Shown here in pieces: positions 16,303-25,877 of a stretch of 27,831 nt of DNA. The notes below the pieces were generated by a model. That model worked only from the letters and a program-made list of their open reading frames with translations. It made no database searches and was not told the DNA's origin. The DNA is taken from contig JAYWGM010000040.1 in the NCBI GenBank assembly GCA_043778225.1, forward strand, positions 1 through 27,831. Reading direction: 5' to 3'. The DNA is from Deinococcales bacterium. GTDB taxonomy: Bacteria; Deinococcota; Deinococci; Deinococcales; JAAFIG01. The first letter of the stretch is position 1; each line of letters opens with the position of its first letter. A program made the position numbers and the translations under genes.

Positions 16303-16647
16303 ATGGCACGCCTTGTCTTGGTTGAATTGATGATGTTTCTTGGAGCGCTCGGCATGACTTATTTGTTGCGTCGTGGCTTGGGTAAGCGTATTTCGGGTCC
16401 GCCGGTGATTTTGTGGTGCTTACTTTTTGCTTTTATCGGCGCTCATCTGATGAGTGTTTTTCTACGCCAAGTGGCGTTTGATTCTGACTTTATTGACTTA
16501 TCTAATGTCAGTCTTCTGAATATCATTGCGATTGTCACGGTGCGCTTTTGGGAGAATATCCTGCTCGGTGGAGTTCTGGGCATGATTGCTGCTAATTTTC
16601 CACTTCGCAAAAAACCAAAACTCGAGGACACCACGCCCAAGCGCTAA
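16303..16647 (+). CDS. Hypothetical membrane protein (about 3 TM)
   Basis: Hydrophobic segments; TATTGT-N6-ATG start; co-oriented with its neighbours. Confidence 0.65.
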   Translation: MARLVLVELMMFLGALGMTYLLRRGLGKRISGPPVILWCLLFAFIGAHLMSVFLRQVAFDSDFIDLSNVSLLNIIAIVTVRFWENILLGGVLGMIAANFPLRKKPKLEDTTPKR

Positions 16648-16664
16648 AAGCAATACTGCGTTTT

Positions 16665-17072
16665 GTGAACCTGACCGATTTTTTGCCAAGCCAAGAAACT
16701 TTGTACTCGAGAATCGGTGCAGCCCGATTGCGCCAAATTATTCAGGTTTTTTATGGTCTGGTCAAAGCTGAGCCAAGCATTGCCGATTTATTCCCAGATA
16801 ACTTATCGGAAACAATGAACAAACAAGAAGCCTTTTTAACTGGTTTTCTGGGCGGTCCGCAATTGTATCACCAGACCTACGGCAACCCAATGTTGCGTTA
16901 TCGCCATGCCAAATTTGCGATTACGCCAACTCGAGCTAAAGCCTGGTTTGACTGCTTTGCTGATGCCACCAAAAGTGTTGCCCTCGAGCCAGACCTTGAA
17001 CACGAATTGCTGACCGCCATTGCACGGACGGCATCAGCCATGGTCAATACCCCACAAGAAGCGTTAGAATAA
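16665..17072 (+). CDS. Group II truncated hemoglobin
   Basis: LYSRIG, VFYGLV, FLTGFLGGPQLY, GNPMLRYRHAKFAITPTRAKAWF. Confidence 0.9.
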   Translation: MNLTDFLPSQETLYSRIGAARLRQIIQVFYGLVKAEPSIADLFPDNLSETMNKQEAFLTGFLGGPQLYHQTYGNPMLRYRHAKFAITPTRAKAWFDCFADATKSVALEPDLEHELLTAIARTASAMVNTPQEALE

Positions 17073-17089
17073 AGACCAGAGAGGTGTAT

Positions 17090-17581
17090 ATGACTTGGCA
17101 AGAAATTATCAATGAACCAAGCCTCGCCAATTTGCCTTACAAAATCGAAACCAACGAACGAGGGCAAGTGATTATGAGTCCGACTGTTTTCCTGCACGGT
17201 ATTTATCAAGCCCAACTTGCCGAATTATTGCGCCAGACTTTGGGCGGTTTCACCAGCCTCGAGACTGCGATTGATACCAGCAAAGGCACTAAAGTACCCG
17301 ATGTGACATGGTTTACCCAAGACTTTTTTGAGCTTCATCAAGATGCCACCGACTTGCCTGTTGCTCCACCAATTTGTGTTGAGGTGATTTCCAAAACCAA
17401 TACACTGCGCGAAATTAACAGTAAGCGCAAACTCTATTTTGAAACAGGGGCAGAGGAAGTCTGGACTTGCGATCTTAAAGGCACAATGCGCTTTTACAAT
17501 CCAAACCAAGAACTCGAGCAATCCAAGCTCGCTCCAGAATTTCCAAAAAAAATCGAATTGACCGCCAGCCGCAAACTATAA
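17090..17581 (+). CDS. Uma2 (DUF820) family endonuclease
   Basis: GQVIMSP, HGIYQ, KVPDV, PPICVEVIS, KRKLYFETGAEEVW; SD GAGAGG before ATG 17090. Confidence 0.9.
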   Translation: MTWQEIINEPSLANLPYKIETNERGQVIMSPTVFLHGIYQAQLAELLRQTLGGFTSLETAIDTSKGTKVPDVTWFTQDFFELHQDATDLPVAPPICVEVISKTNTLREINSKRKLYFETGAEEVWTCDLKGTMRFYNPNQELEQSKLAPEFPKKIELTASRKL

Positions 17582-18646
17582 ATTTGCGCCAATCTCGAGC
17601 AAGGCTGGCTGTTCTGGGCTGCTTTCGAGCCTCACCGCGTTGCCAGTTTCGGCAGCTTTTAGGATACTGTGCATGACTTCCAGCACATGAAACGCTAAGT
17701 CGCCACTGGCTCGGTGCGGGCGGTTCTCGAGGATGGCTTGTGCCATATCCGCCAAGCCCACGCCTCGAGAATTTTGGCTGTATGGGCGGCTGACAGCCAG
17801 GTCGTGCCAATCTCCATTTCCCCAGTCGCCCAAGCCGTCGCAATAGCGCAGTGCGCCACTAAAATTATTTGGGTCGTTGACCACCAAAGCACCACTCGAG
17901 CCATAAATTTCGATGTTCTGGTTTGAACCGCGTACTGCGTCAAAGCTGATTGTTAAAGTCACCAGAACACCGTTCTGATGCTCGAGCAGCGCCGTGATGT
18001 GGGTTGGCACATCCACAGCAAAAGGATTACCGTACTTATCGGATCGGGTTGCCCTTGTTTGAGCGGCAAAGGCGGTCACACGGCGGACTGCGCCAAATAA
18101 ATGCAGCATTGCTGTGATGTAATACGGACCCATATCAAACAGCGGACCTGCTCCAGCCTGAAAGAAAAAACTTGGGTTGGGATGCCACCTATCCGGACCA
18201 CTCGAGACCATATGCAGGCTTGCACCAACGGGTTGCCCGATGCCGCCAGACTCGATAAAAGCCCGCGCCGTTTGTAAACCCGCGCCTAAAAAAGTGTCTG
18301 GGGCGCAACCGATTCGCAGATTTTTGGCTTTGGACAGGGCTAACATGGCACTTGCATCCTCGAGTGAAATGGCTAAGGGTTTTTCATTGTAAATGTATTT
18401 GCCAGCTTCTAAGGCTTTGAGTGCAATTTCGGCATGGGCGGCTGGGATCGTCAGGTTTAGGATTGTATCGGCATCACAAGTAAAAACCTGCTCGAGTGGC
18501 AAAGCCTGAAGACCATATTTCTCGGCTTGGGCGGTGGCTCGAGCCATCTCTAAATCGGCAAGATAAGCAATTTCAAAGGCAAACAACTTGGCATTCTCGA
18601 GGTACGTATCCGAGATGTTGCCACAACCAACCAAAGCAATTTTCAT
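17576..18646 (-). CDS. Gfo/Idh/MocA-family oxidoreductase
   Basis: GCGNIS, NLTIPAAH, YNEKPLA, GCAPDTFLG, GAGPLFDMGPYY. Confidence 0.92.
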   Translation of the reverse strand: MKIALVGCGNISDTYLENAKLFAFEIAYLADLEMARATAQAEKYGLQALPLEQVFTCDADTILNLTIPAAHAEIALKALEAGKYIYNEKPLAISLEDASAMLALSKAKNLRIGCAPDTFLGAGLQTARAFIESGGIGQPVGASLHMVSSGPDRWHPNPSFFFQAGAGPLFDMGPYYITAMLHLFGAVRRVTAFAAQTRATRSDKYGNPFAVDVPTHITALLEHQNGVLVTLTISFDAVRGSNQNIEIYGSSGALVVNDPNNFSGALRYCDGLGDWGNGDWHDLAVSRPYSQNSRGVGLADMAQAILENRPHRASGDLAFHVLEVMHSILKAAETGNAVRLESSPEQPALLEIGANL

Positions 18647-18678
18647 CGGGGCAGCATAACAAATAATTTGAGTGTGGC

Positions 18679-18708
18679 TTGACAGATTCGTGGTGGGTGC
18701 TGTAATTT
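18679..18708 (+). promoter_or_regulatory. Sigma70-type promoter for the sugar ABC operon
   Basis: TTGACA-N18-TAATTT with TG near the -10, about 80 nt upstream of rhaS. Confidence 0.55.
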
Positions 18709-18718
18709 AACATCACAG

Positions 18719-18764
18719 TGCAAAAAATAAACAGGTTTTTGTGCAAAAGCGTTTAGCTTTTGCA
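18719..18764. promoter_or_regulatory. Candidate DeoR operator sites
   Basis: TGCAAAAAATAAACAGGTTTTTGTGCA overlapping TGCAAAAGCGTTTAGCTTTTGCA; a similar palindrome lies upstream of the DeoR gene. Confidence 0.55.
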
Positions 18765-18789
18765 AGAATGGCGCTGCTTGGAGGCAATT

Positions 18790-19800
18790 ATGAATCGTCG
18801 TGCATGGATTTTAGGTTTGGCTGCATTTGGTACGTTGGCAATCGGTGTGGCAAGTCTGACCGACGCTCAGGCGCGTCGTTATAAAATTGCGATGCTGGTT
18901 AAAAGCCTTGGCAACGGTTTTTTTGAAGCCGCCAAGACTGGTGGCGAAGAAGCCGCCAAACAGCTTGGCAATGTGGATTTTATTTACACTGGTCCAACCG
19001 CCGCCACTGCCGAAGGGCAAATTGAACAGATGAATTCGTTGATTGCCCAAAAAGTCAGTGCAATTGCGGTCTCGGCAAACGATCCAAACGCCTTGGTAGC
19101 CATTTCTAAACGGGCGGCGGCTCGAGGTATCAAAGTTATTTCTTGGGACAGTGGCATTGCCAAAGCCGGTCGTTTGATGCACCTAAACCCATCCAACACG
19201 GCTTTGATTGGTCGTAAACAAATCGAAATGATTTCGGCAACCTTGGGCGGCAAAGGCGAAATTGCAATTCTTTCGGCAACCGCCCAAGCCACCAACCAAA
19301 ATGCTTGGATTGTCGCCATGAAAGAAACCTTGAAAGACCCCAAGTACGCTGGCTTAAATCTGGTGGATGTGGTTTACGGCGACGACCAATCGGATAAGAG
19401 CTACCGTGAAGCCCAAGGCTTACTGAGTAAGCACCCCAACCTCAAAGGCATTATTGCACCAACCACGGTTGGTATTGCCGCCGCCGCCAAGTATGTGATT
19501 GATCAAAAACTGGTCGGTAAGGTCTTTGTTTCGGGTCTAGGTTTGCCGTCAGAAATGGCGGGTTATGTCAAAGCGGGTGCAGTGGATACCTTTGCCCTTT
19601 GGAATCCAATTGACCTTGGCTACAGCGCCGTTTTTGCTGCCTACCAATTTGCAAGTGGCAAAGCCAGAGGCAAAGCTGGCGAAAAAGTCAGCATCGGACG
19701 CATGGGAACAATCACTTTAGATGCCAACACCGAAGCCCCAATGGGCGATCCATTTACGTTTAACAAAGATAACGTCGATAAATTTGCTAAAGCCTTCTAA
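18790..19800 (+). CDS. rhaS: Rhamnose-type sugar ABC transporter substrate-binding protein
   Basis: KSLGNGFFEAA, YTGPTAATAEGQI, SATAQATNQNAW, YGDDQSDKSYRE, LWNPIDLGY; SD GGAGG before ATG 18790. Confidence 0.85.
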   Translation: MNRRAWILGLAAFGTLAIGVASLTDAQARRYKIAMLVKSLGNGFFEAAKTGGEEAAKQLGNVDFIYTGPTAATAEGQIEQMNSLIAQKVSAIAVSANDPNALVAISKRAAARGIKVISWDSGIAKAGRLMHLNPSNTALIGRKQIEMISATLGGKGEIAILSATAQATNQNAWIVAMKETLKDPKYAGLNLVDVVYGDDQSDKSYREAQGLLSKHPNLKGIIAPTTVGIAAAAKYVIDQKLVGKVFVSGLGLPSEMAGYVKAGAVDTFALWNPIDLGYSAVFAAYQFASGKARGKAGEKVSIGRMGTITLDANTEAPMGDPFTFNKDNVDKFAKAF

Positions 19801-19980
19801 GTATCTCCCGCCTACATTTTAGATTTTTCACAAAACGGCAAATCTTTCATTACGGCGGCAGATACGCTTTCCTTACTCCTTTTAGTCGCAAAATGTTTTA
19901 GCAAAAAACTCTAAAACATTTCGAGGATGTACTTAATTCTAAATCAAAAAACCCCGTGCTGCTCGAGGGCGGCGCGGGGT
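19801..19980. other. Structured intergenic spacer with three inverted repeats
   Basis: Arms at 19801-19812/19854-19865 (1 mismatch), 19891-19901/19911-19921 (perfect) and 19951-19962/19969-19980 (GC-rich, G-U pairs, CTCGAG at the loop). Confidence 0.65.
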
Positions 19981-19990
19981 GGTGTATTTT

Positions 19991-21469
19991 ATGACTTTTT
20001 TAGCGGTCGAAAACTTAAAAAAACACTTTGGAGCAACCAAAGCCGTGACCAATGTCAGTTTTGGTCTCGAGCGTGGACAGGTCATGGCGCTGGTTGGCGA
20101 AAACGGGGCTGGCAAATCCACAATTGTCAAAATCCTGACCGGTCTCTATAAGCCCGATGCGGGCAGCATTCGCTTGGATAACACGCTACGGGCATTCTCG
20201 AGTCCACAAGAAGCGTGGCGGGCTGGAATTACCGCAATTCATCAAGAAACCGTGATGTTTGACGAGTTATCGGTTGCCGAAAACATCTGGATTGGCAATC
20301 AACCAAGCCGTTTTGGGCTGGTGCAATGGAAAACCCTACTCGAGCAAACTGAAATTATTTTAGCCCGTATTGATGCCAAAATTTCGCCCCAAGCGCCACT
20401 TAAAACGCTTTCGGTGGCGCAAAAGCATCTGGTGCAAATCGCTCGAGCGCTGACCCAAGATGCCAGTGTGGTGATTATGGACGAACCAACGGCGGCGCTG
20501 TCCAAAGCCGAAATCGAGGACTTTTTTCGGGTTGTGCAGCAGTTAAAATCCGAGAACAAAGCAATTATTTTAGTGACCCATAAATTTGACGAAATTTTTA
20601 CGTATGCCGATACTTATGCAGTGCTGCGCGACGGGCAGATGGTCGGGGCTGGGCAAATTGCCCAAACCTCGAGCGATGCTTTAATTCAACAGATGGCGGG
20701 GCGAGAAGTCGGGGACTTATTTCCAAAAACCAATGCCAAAAAACACGAAACGGTTCTCGAGGTACAAAATTTCTCGCATCCAACCGAATTTAAGGACATC
20801 AGTTTTAGCGTTAAACGCGGCGAAATTCTTGGTTTTTATGGTTTGATTGGTGCTGGGCGCAGCGAAGTCATGCAGGCGATTTTTGGCTTAAACCCAGAAG
20901 CCACGGGTACGATTTTGATTGCGGCTCAGGTGGTGCAGATTCATTCGCCTGCCGATGCGGTCAAGCATGGTTTGGTCTATGTGCCAGAAGACCGTCAGCA
21001 AGCGGGGGCAATCCTAGACATGAGCATCCTCGAGAACATCAGCCTCTCGAGTTTAGACCAATTGGGTTTTTGGTTATCACGCCATAAAGAAGAAAACCTC
21101 GCCATGCCTTTGGTGCAAAAATTGTCCTTGCGGGCGGCACACCTCGAGCAGCACGTTTCAGAATTGAGCGGTGGCAATCAACAAAAAGTGGTTTTAAGTA
21201 AATGGCTGGCAACCAAACCAACCATTTTAATTTTAGATGAACCAACCAAAGGCATTGATGTCGGCGCAAAATCGGCAGTTCACAGCCTGATGAGCAGCAT
21301 GGTCGAGCAAGGCTTGGCAGTGATTCTGGTCAGTTCCGAGTTGCCCGAGGTGATGCACATGAGCGACCGAATTCTGGTGATGCGCCAAGGGCGTTTGGTG
21401 GCAGAATTCGATGCTAAACAAGTCACGCCCGAAGAAATCGTGGCACAAGCAGCTGGAGTCAAAGCATGA
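19991..21469 (+). CDS. rhaT: Sugar ABC transporter ATP-binding protein (two ABC domains)
   Basis: GENGAGKST, IMDEPTAALS, YVPEDR, LSGGNQQKV, LDEPTKGIDVGAK. Confidence 0.9.
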   Translation: MTFLAVENLKKHFGATKAVTNVSFGLERGQVMALVGENGAGKSTIVKILTGLYKPDAGSIRLDNTLRAFSSPQEAWRAGITAIHQETVMFDELSVAENIWIGNQPSRFGLVQWKTLLEQTEIILARIDAKISPQAPLKTLSVAQKHLVQIARALTQDASVVIMDEPTAALSKAEIEDFFRVVQQLKSENKAIILVTHKFDEIFTYADTYAVLRDGQMVGAGQIAQTSSDALIQQMAGREVGDLFPKTNAKKHETVLEVQNFSHPTEFKDISFSVKRGEILGFYGLIGAGRSEVMQAIFGLNPEATGTILIAAQVVQIHSPADAVKHGLVYVPEDRQQAGAILDMSILENISLSSLDQLGFWLSRHKEENLAMPLVQKLSLRAAHLEQHVSELSGGNQQKVVLSKWLATKPTILILDEPTKGIDVGAKSAVHSLMSSMVEQGLAVILVSSELPEVMHMSDRILVMRQGRLVAEFDAKQVTPEEIVAQAAGVKA

Positions 21470-22443
21470 AAATTATTCTACAAAATTACCGTCGGGAATT
21501 AATTTTACTGCTCTTTTTGGCATTTGCTTTTGTGGCTGTTGGGTTGGTTTCGCCCAGTTTTATCAGCCTAAAAACCCTCGATGCGATTTGGCACGATAGT
21601 GTGCTGCTCTTGATTTTAGCACTGGTGCAAATGCCAATTATCATCTCGAGGGGCATTGATTTAAGCGTGGCTGCCAATCTGGCTTTGACTGGAATGCTGG
21701 TGGCGCTGTTGGCAAAAAGTAACCCCGAGTTGCCCGTGCTGGTATTGCTGCTGGCTGGTTTTGGAATTGGCGCGGTGCTGGGGGCGGTCAATGCTTTTTT
21801 AATCACCCTGCTCGAGTTGCCGCCAATTGTGGCGACGCTTGGCACAATGAGCGTCTACCGAGGCATGACCTATGTCGTTAGTGGCGGACAATGGGTCAAT
21901 TCTCAGGACTTTCCGGTGGGGCTGCTCGAGTTTCCAAATGCGCGTTTTTTAGGTTTGACCAGCCTCGAATGGATTAGCCTTGTGGCGCTTTTTTTGGCGT
22001 GGCTGCTTTGGCATCAGAGTCGTTTTGGGCGTGAAATCCGAGCGCTTGGCAACAACCCAAGTGCGGCTCGCTATGTCGGGGTTCTTGAGCGACCGCGTTT
22101 GGCGGTGCTGTATACGCTGGCAGGAGCGGTGGCTGGCTTTGTCTCGGTGCTGTGGGTGGCTCGCTATGCAATTGCCAGTACCGAATTGGCGATTGGCTTT
22201 GAACTACAAGTCGTGGCAGCGTGTGTGCTGGGTGGCGTGAGCATTGCTGGTGGAGTTGGTACGGTTTATGGCACAACCTTGGGTTCGCTTTTTTTGGTGA
22301 TGCTTTATAACGCTCTGCCAGTCATTAAAATTTCACCGTTTTGGCAAACCGCGATTGTCGGTGTGGCTATTTTGGTGGCGGTGATTGTCAATCAAAGTGC
22401 GGGTAAAAGAATCGGCAAAAACATTTTGAGGGTTCATCCATGA
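21466..22443 (+). CDS. rhaP: Sugar ABC transporter permease
   Basis: GIDLSVAANLAL, LPPIVATLGTMSVYRG, FELQVVAACVLGGVSIAGGVG; ATGA overlap. Confidence 0.88.
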   Translation: MKIILQNYRRELILLLFLAFAFVAVGLVSPSFISLKTLDAIWHDSVLLLILALVQMPIIISRGIDLSVAANLALTGMLVALLAKSNPELPVLVLLLAGFGIGAVLGAVNAFLITLLELPPIVATLGTMSVYRGMTYVVSGGQWVNSQDFPVGLLEFPNARFLGLTSLEWISLVALFLAWLLWHQSRFGREIRALGNNPSAARYVGVLERPRLAVLYTLAGAVAGFVSVLWVARYAIASTELAIGFELQVVAACVLGGVSIAGGVGTVYGTTLGSLFLVMLYNALPVIKISPFWQTAIVGVAILVAVIVNQSAGKRIGKNILRVHP

Positions 22444-23429
22444 GTCAGCCAACCAAACGTGCGCCGTTTAAGCTCAGTGCTTTATTTTTGCGTTGGGAAA
22501 TGATTCTCATCCCACTTTTGGCAATCGTAATGCTGGTCAATGGCAATGTCTCCGAATTTTTCTGGGACCCTTTTAACCTTGGCGATGCCACTTTTAACTT
22601 TAGCGAAAAAGGCATCATGGCGATTGCGATGGCGCTTTTAATCCTGACTCGAGAAATTGATTTATCGGTCTCCAGTATTATTGCATTGGCTTCTTTGGTC
22701 ATGGGTCTGGCGGCTCAAAATGGCGCAGAAACACCCGTCTTGGTGCTGTTGGCGGTTCTGACCGGTACACTGGCTGGATTTTTTAACGGCTTTTTGGTGA
22801 TTCGTTTTGCCGTGCCAAGCATTGCAATTACGCTTGGTACAATGAGTTTATTTCGTGGCATCTCGCAAGCCATTCTTGGCGACCAAGCCCTGACCACCTA
22901 CCCAGAATCCTTAGCCAACCTTGGGCAAGGCTATCTGCTTGAGCCAATTCCCTACAGCTTTGTGACTTTTTTAGGGCTGGCATTGGTGATTGGTCTTGTG
23001 CTGCACCGCACCCGTTGGGGCAGACAACTGTACGCGATTGGCAACAGCCCCGAAGCCGCCAAATTTAGCGGTATTCCAGTAGCTCGGTATCGTTTAATTT
23101 TATTTACCTTATCGGGGGCATTTGCGGGTCTAGCTGCGGCTTTTTTAACAAGCCGTATCTCGAGTACCCGCCCGAACATCGCTCAAGGCTGGGAACTGGA
23201 TGTGATTACCATGGTCGTACTGGGTGGGGTTGGTATTGCGGGCGGCACAGGTTCGATGTTTGGCGTGGTTTTAGCGGTTTTGTTGCTTGGGATGATTTCC
23301 TTTGGACTGGCGCTCTTAAATGTGCCGGGGATTGTTGCCAGTATTTTTATTGGTGCATTGCTGATTGGGGCGATTGCCCTGCCACCGCTTCTAAAAAAGA
23401 TTTTTCGCGTGGTGGGTCGGCAAAAATAG
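22440..23429 (+). CDS. rhaQ: Sugar ABC transporter permease
   Basis: EIDLSVSS, VPSIAITLGTMSLFRG, STRPNIAQGWELDVITMVVLGG; ATGA overlap. Confidence 0.88.
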   Translation: MSQPTKRAPFKLSALFLRWEMILIPLLAIVMLVNGNVSEFFWDPFNLGDATFNFSEKGIMAIAMALLILTREIDLSVSSIIALASLVMGLAAQNGAETPVLVLLAVLTGTLAGFFNGFLVIRFAVPSIAITLGTMSLFRGISQAILGDQALTTYPESLANLGQGYLLEPIPYSFVTFLGLALVIGLVLHRTRWGRQLYAIGNSPEAAKFSGIPVARYRLILFTLSGAFAGLAAAFLTSRISSTRPNIAQGWELDVITMVVLGGVGIAGGTGSMFGVVLAVLLLGMISFGLALLNVPGIVASIFIGALLIGAIALPPLLKKIFRVVGRQK

Positions 23430-23444
23430 CTCGAGATGCACACG

Positions 23445-24218
23445 TTACTTGGCGATAATCAATTTCAGACCACTGGCAACCAACCAACGGCGCATCGCGG
23501 CATCGGGTTCTTTGTCGGTAATTAGGCTGTCCAGATGCTCGAGTTCAATAATCGTGGTGAAAGCCGTAACGTTCAGTTTGCTGTTGTCCACTAAGGCAAT
23601 TGCCGATTTTGAGCTTTGGATTAAGCGGGTTTTGACTTCGGCTTCGATTAAACTGGCATCGGTTAGCCCAGCTTTTAAGGACAAACCCTTAACCGAAAAA
23701 AAGACTTTATCGGGGTGCAATTTACCCAGCACCAATTCGGTGATTGGTCCAGAGAAACCTCGAGCCACAGGATTAAATGTGCCACCCAACATTGTAAAAG
23801 GAGTTTTACTGGCAGCCAGCACACTGGCGGCTTCCAGCCCACTGACCAAAACATGAACCCGCCCTCGGGTTGCCAAGACTCGAGCCACTTCAAGGGCAGT
23901 GGTGCTGGCATCGAGCGCAATGGTATCGCCGTCTTGCACCAGTTTAACAGCTTCTCGAGCAATCGCACGTTTGGCGCTTAACTCGCGGCTGGCACGCATT
24001 TCGTAGGCAATATCGGCTTGGGCTTGCTCGAGGATTCGTGCGCCACCACGCACAATTTCAATCAGCCCTTCGCGCTCGAGTTCAGCCAAGTCGCGGCGCA
24101 CCGTGACCTCATGCACCTCGAGGGCGGCGGCGAGATTTTTTAAGGGAATTGAACGAGCGATTAAAATGCGCTCGAGAATAGCGTGGCGACGTTCAGTGGG
24201 TAGCATGACTTTAGCCAT
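23445..24218 (-). CDS. DeoR/GlpR-family transcriptional regulator
   Basis: HTH VHEVTVRRDLAELEREG, IALDASTT, ALVDNSK; start is 24218 or 24206. Confidence 0.92.
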   Translation of the reverse strand: MAKVMLPTERRHAILERILIARSIPLKNLAAALEVHEVTVRRDLAELEREGLIEIVRGGARILEQAQADIAYEMRASRELSAKRAIAREAVKLVQDGDTIALDASTTALEVARVLATRGRVHVLVSGLEAASVLAASKTPFTMLGGTFNPVARGFSGPITELVLGKLHPDKVFFSVKGLSLKAGLTDASLIEAEVKTRLIQSSKSAIALVDNSKLNVTAFTTIIELEHLDSLITDKEPDAAMRRWLVASGLKLIIAK

Positions 24219-24228
24219 GCTATTGCAA

Positions 24229-24256
24229 TTTGCAAAATAAAACAAGATTTTGCAAA
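24229..24256. promoter_or_regulatory. Palindromic candidate autoregulatory operator
   Basis: TTTGCAAAAT-N8-ATTTTGCAAA with perfect 10-bp arms, directly upstream of the DeoR gene. Confidence 0.6.
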
Positions 24257-24269
24257 TTTCTGTTTGTTT

Positions 24270-25877
24270 TTAGTAGACCAAAGCTGCGCCGTCGCATCTG
24301 GATTCTGTACCAGCCACCAAGGTTTCTCCATTGCGCCAAATAATCTGTCCGCGCCCAAAGCTGCCATTCTCGAGTTGCAAAATAACTTCATGACCTTTGG
24401 CACGCAACCCTTCGGCGATATGGCGTGGCGTTTGGCGCTCGAGTTCGATTTTTTTGCGCTCGAGCCATTGCCAACGTGGGGCATCCAGCGCCGCCTGTGG
24501 GTGCATTTGGTAATCGAGGGTATTGAGCATCATTTGCAGATGTCCTTGCGGCTGCATATAGCCACCCATCACCCCAAATGGTCCGATGGCTTGTTGGTCT
24601 TGACTTAAAAAGCTCGGAATAATCGTGTGATAAGGGCGTTTATTTGGCTCGAGGGTATTGGGGTGGTTTGGCTCGAGGTTAAAGTTTGCGCCTCGATTTT
24701 GCAGCGCAATACCCGTACCGGGGACAACAATACCACTGCCAAAACCAGCATAGTTACTTTGGATATAGCTGACCATCATACCGTCGGAGTCGGCAGTACA
24801 GAGGTAAACTGTGCCACCTTTTGGCGGTTGCCCAGCACTTGGCAGCAGGGCTTGTTCGCCAATCAAGGCGCGGCGTTCGGCAGCATAGCCTCTATCGAGT
24901 AAGCCCTGTGTTGGTACATCGGCTCGAGTCGGGTCTGCCACAAAGGCTAGGGTATCCGAAAAAGCCAGTTTCATGGCTTCGATTTGCAGGTGGTAGCTTT
25001 CTAGGCTGTCGCGTGGCAGCTGTGCCATCTCAAAACCCTCGAGAATGTTTAGGGCGCTCAGGGCGGCAATACCTTGACCGTTGGGTGGAATTTCCCAGAT
25101 GTCGTAGCCTCGGTAATTGGTGCTGATAGGCGCTACCCATGTGCTGCTGTGGCGGGTTAAATCCTCGAGGGTGATAACACCACCTGTCTGTGCCGCAAAA
25201 TCCTCGATTTGCTGCCCAAGGCTGCCGGTATAAAAATCTTGGCTGTAGGTCTGGCTGATACGCCGCAAGGTCTTGGCATGATTGGGCAAATAAAATACCT
25301 CGCCAGTCTGTGGACTGCGCCCAGCTTGGGTAAAGGTCTGTTGCCACGGCAAAAATTCTGCGCCCTCGAGCAGGGCATAATTTCGGGCAGCGTACTGCCA
25401 AAACCGCGCCACGGTCGGCGAAACCACAAAGCCATTCTGGGCATAATCAATCGCCGCTTCAAAAAGACGCTCGAACGGCAAACGCCCAAATTTTTGGTGT
25501 AAATCGCGCCATGCGGCTGGCGCCCCTGGCACAGTCACACTCAACCAACCGCGCTGGGGCATGGTTTGGTGTCCTCGAGCCTCGAGTAAGTTTTTTGTTA
25601 GGTTTTGCGGCGCTCGCCCCGAAGCATTTAAGCCGTGCAGTTTATTGCCATCCCAGACCAAAGCAAAAGCATCGCCACCAATCCCATTGCTGGTTGGCTC
25701 GACCACCGTTAAACAGGCTGCCGTGGCAATGGCAGCGTCTACGGCGTTACCACCGATTTTGAGTACCTCGAGTCCAGCTTGGGCAGCCAGCGCTTGGCTG
25801 GTGGCAACCGCGCCACGACTTCCAAAGCTCGAGGGGCGTTGGTTGCTGTATGAATTCGACTCGAGTTGCAGTTTCAT
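24270..25877 (-). CDS. ggt: Gamma-glutamyltransferase family protein
   Basis: GGNAVDAAIATAA, VVEPTSNGIGGDAF, nucleophile Thr in GGTVY, QSNYAGFGSG, RPYHTIIP, GVMGGYMQPQGH. Confidence 0.93.
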   Translation of the reverse strand: MKLQLESNSYSNQRPSSFGSRGAVATSQALAAQAGLEVLKIGGNAVDAAIATAACLTVVEPTSNGIGGDAFALVWDGNKLHGLNASGRAPQNLTKNLLEARGHQTMPQRGWLSVTVPGAPAAWRDLHQKFGRLPFERLFEAAIDYAQNGFVVSPTVARFWQYAARNYALLEGAEFLPWQQTFTQAGRSPQTGEVFYLPNHAKTLRRISQTYSQDFYTGSLGQQIEDFAAQTGGVITLEDLTRHSSTWVAPISTNYRGYDIWEIPPNGQGIAALSALNILEGFEMAQLPRDSLESYHLQIEAMKLAFSDTLAFVADPTRADVPTQGLLDRGYAAERRALIGEQALLPSAGQPPKGGTVYLCTADSDGMMVSYIQSNYAGFGSGIVVPGTGIALQNRGANFNLEPNHPNTLEPNKRPYHTIIPSFLSQDQQAIGPFGVMGGYMQPQGHLQMMLNTLDYQMHPQAALDAPRWQWLERKKIELERQTPRHIAEGLRAKGHEVILQLENGSFGRGQIIWRNGETLVAGTESRCDGAALVY

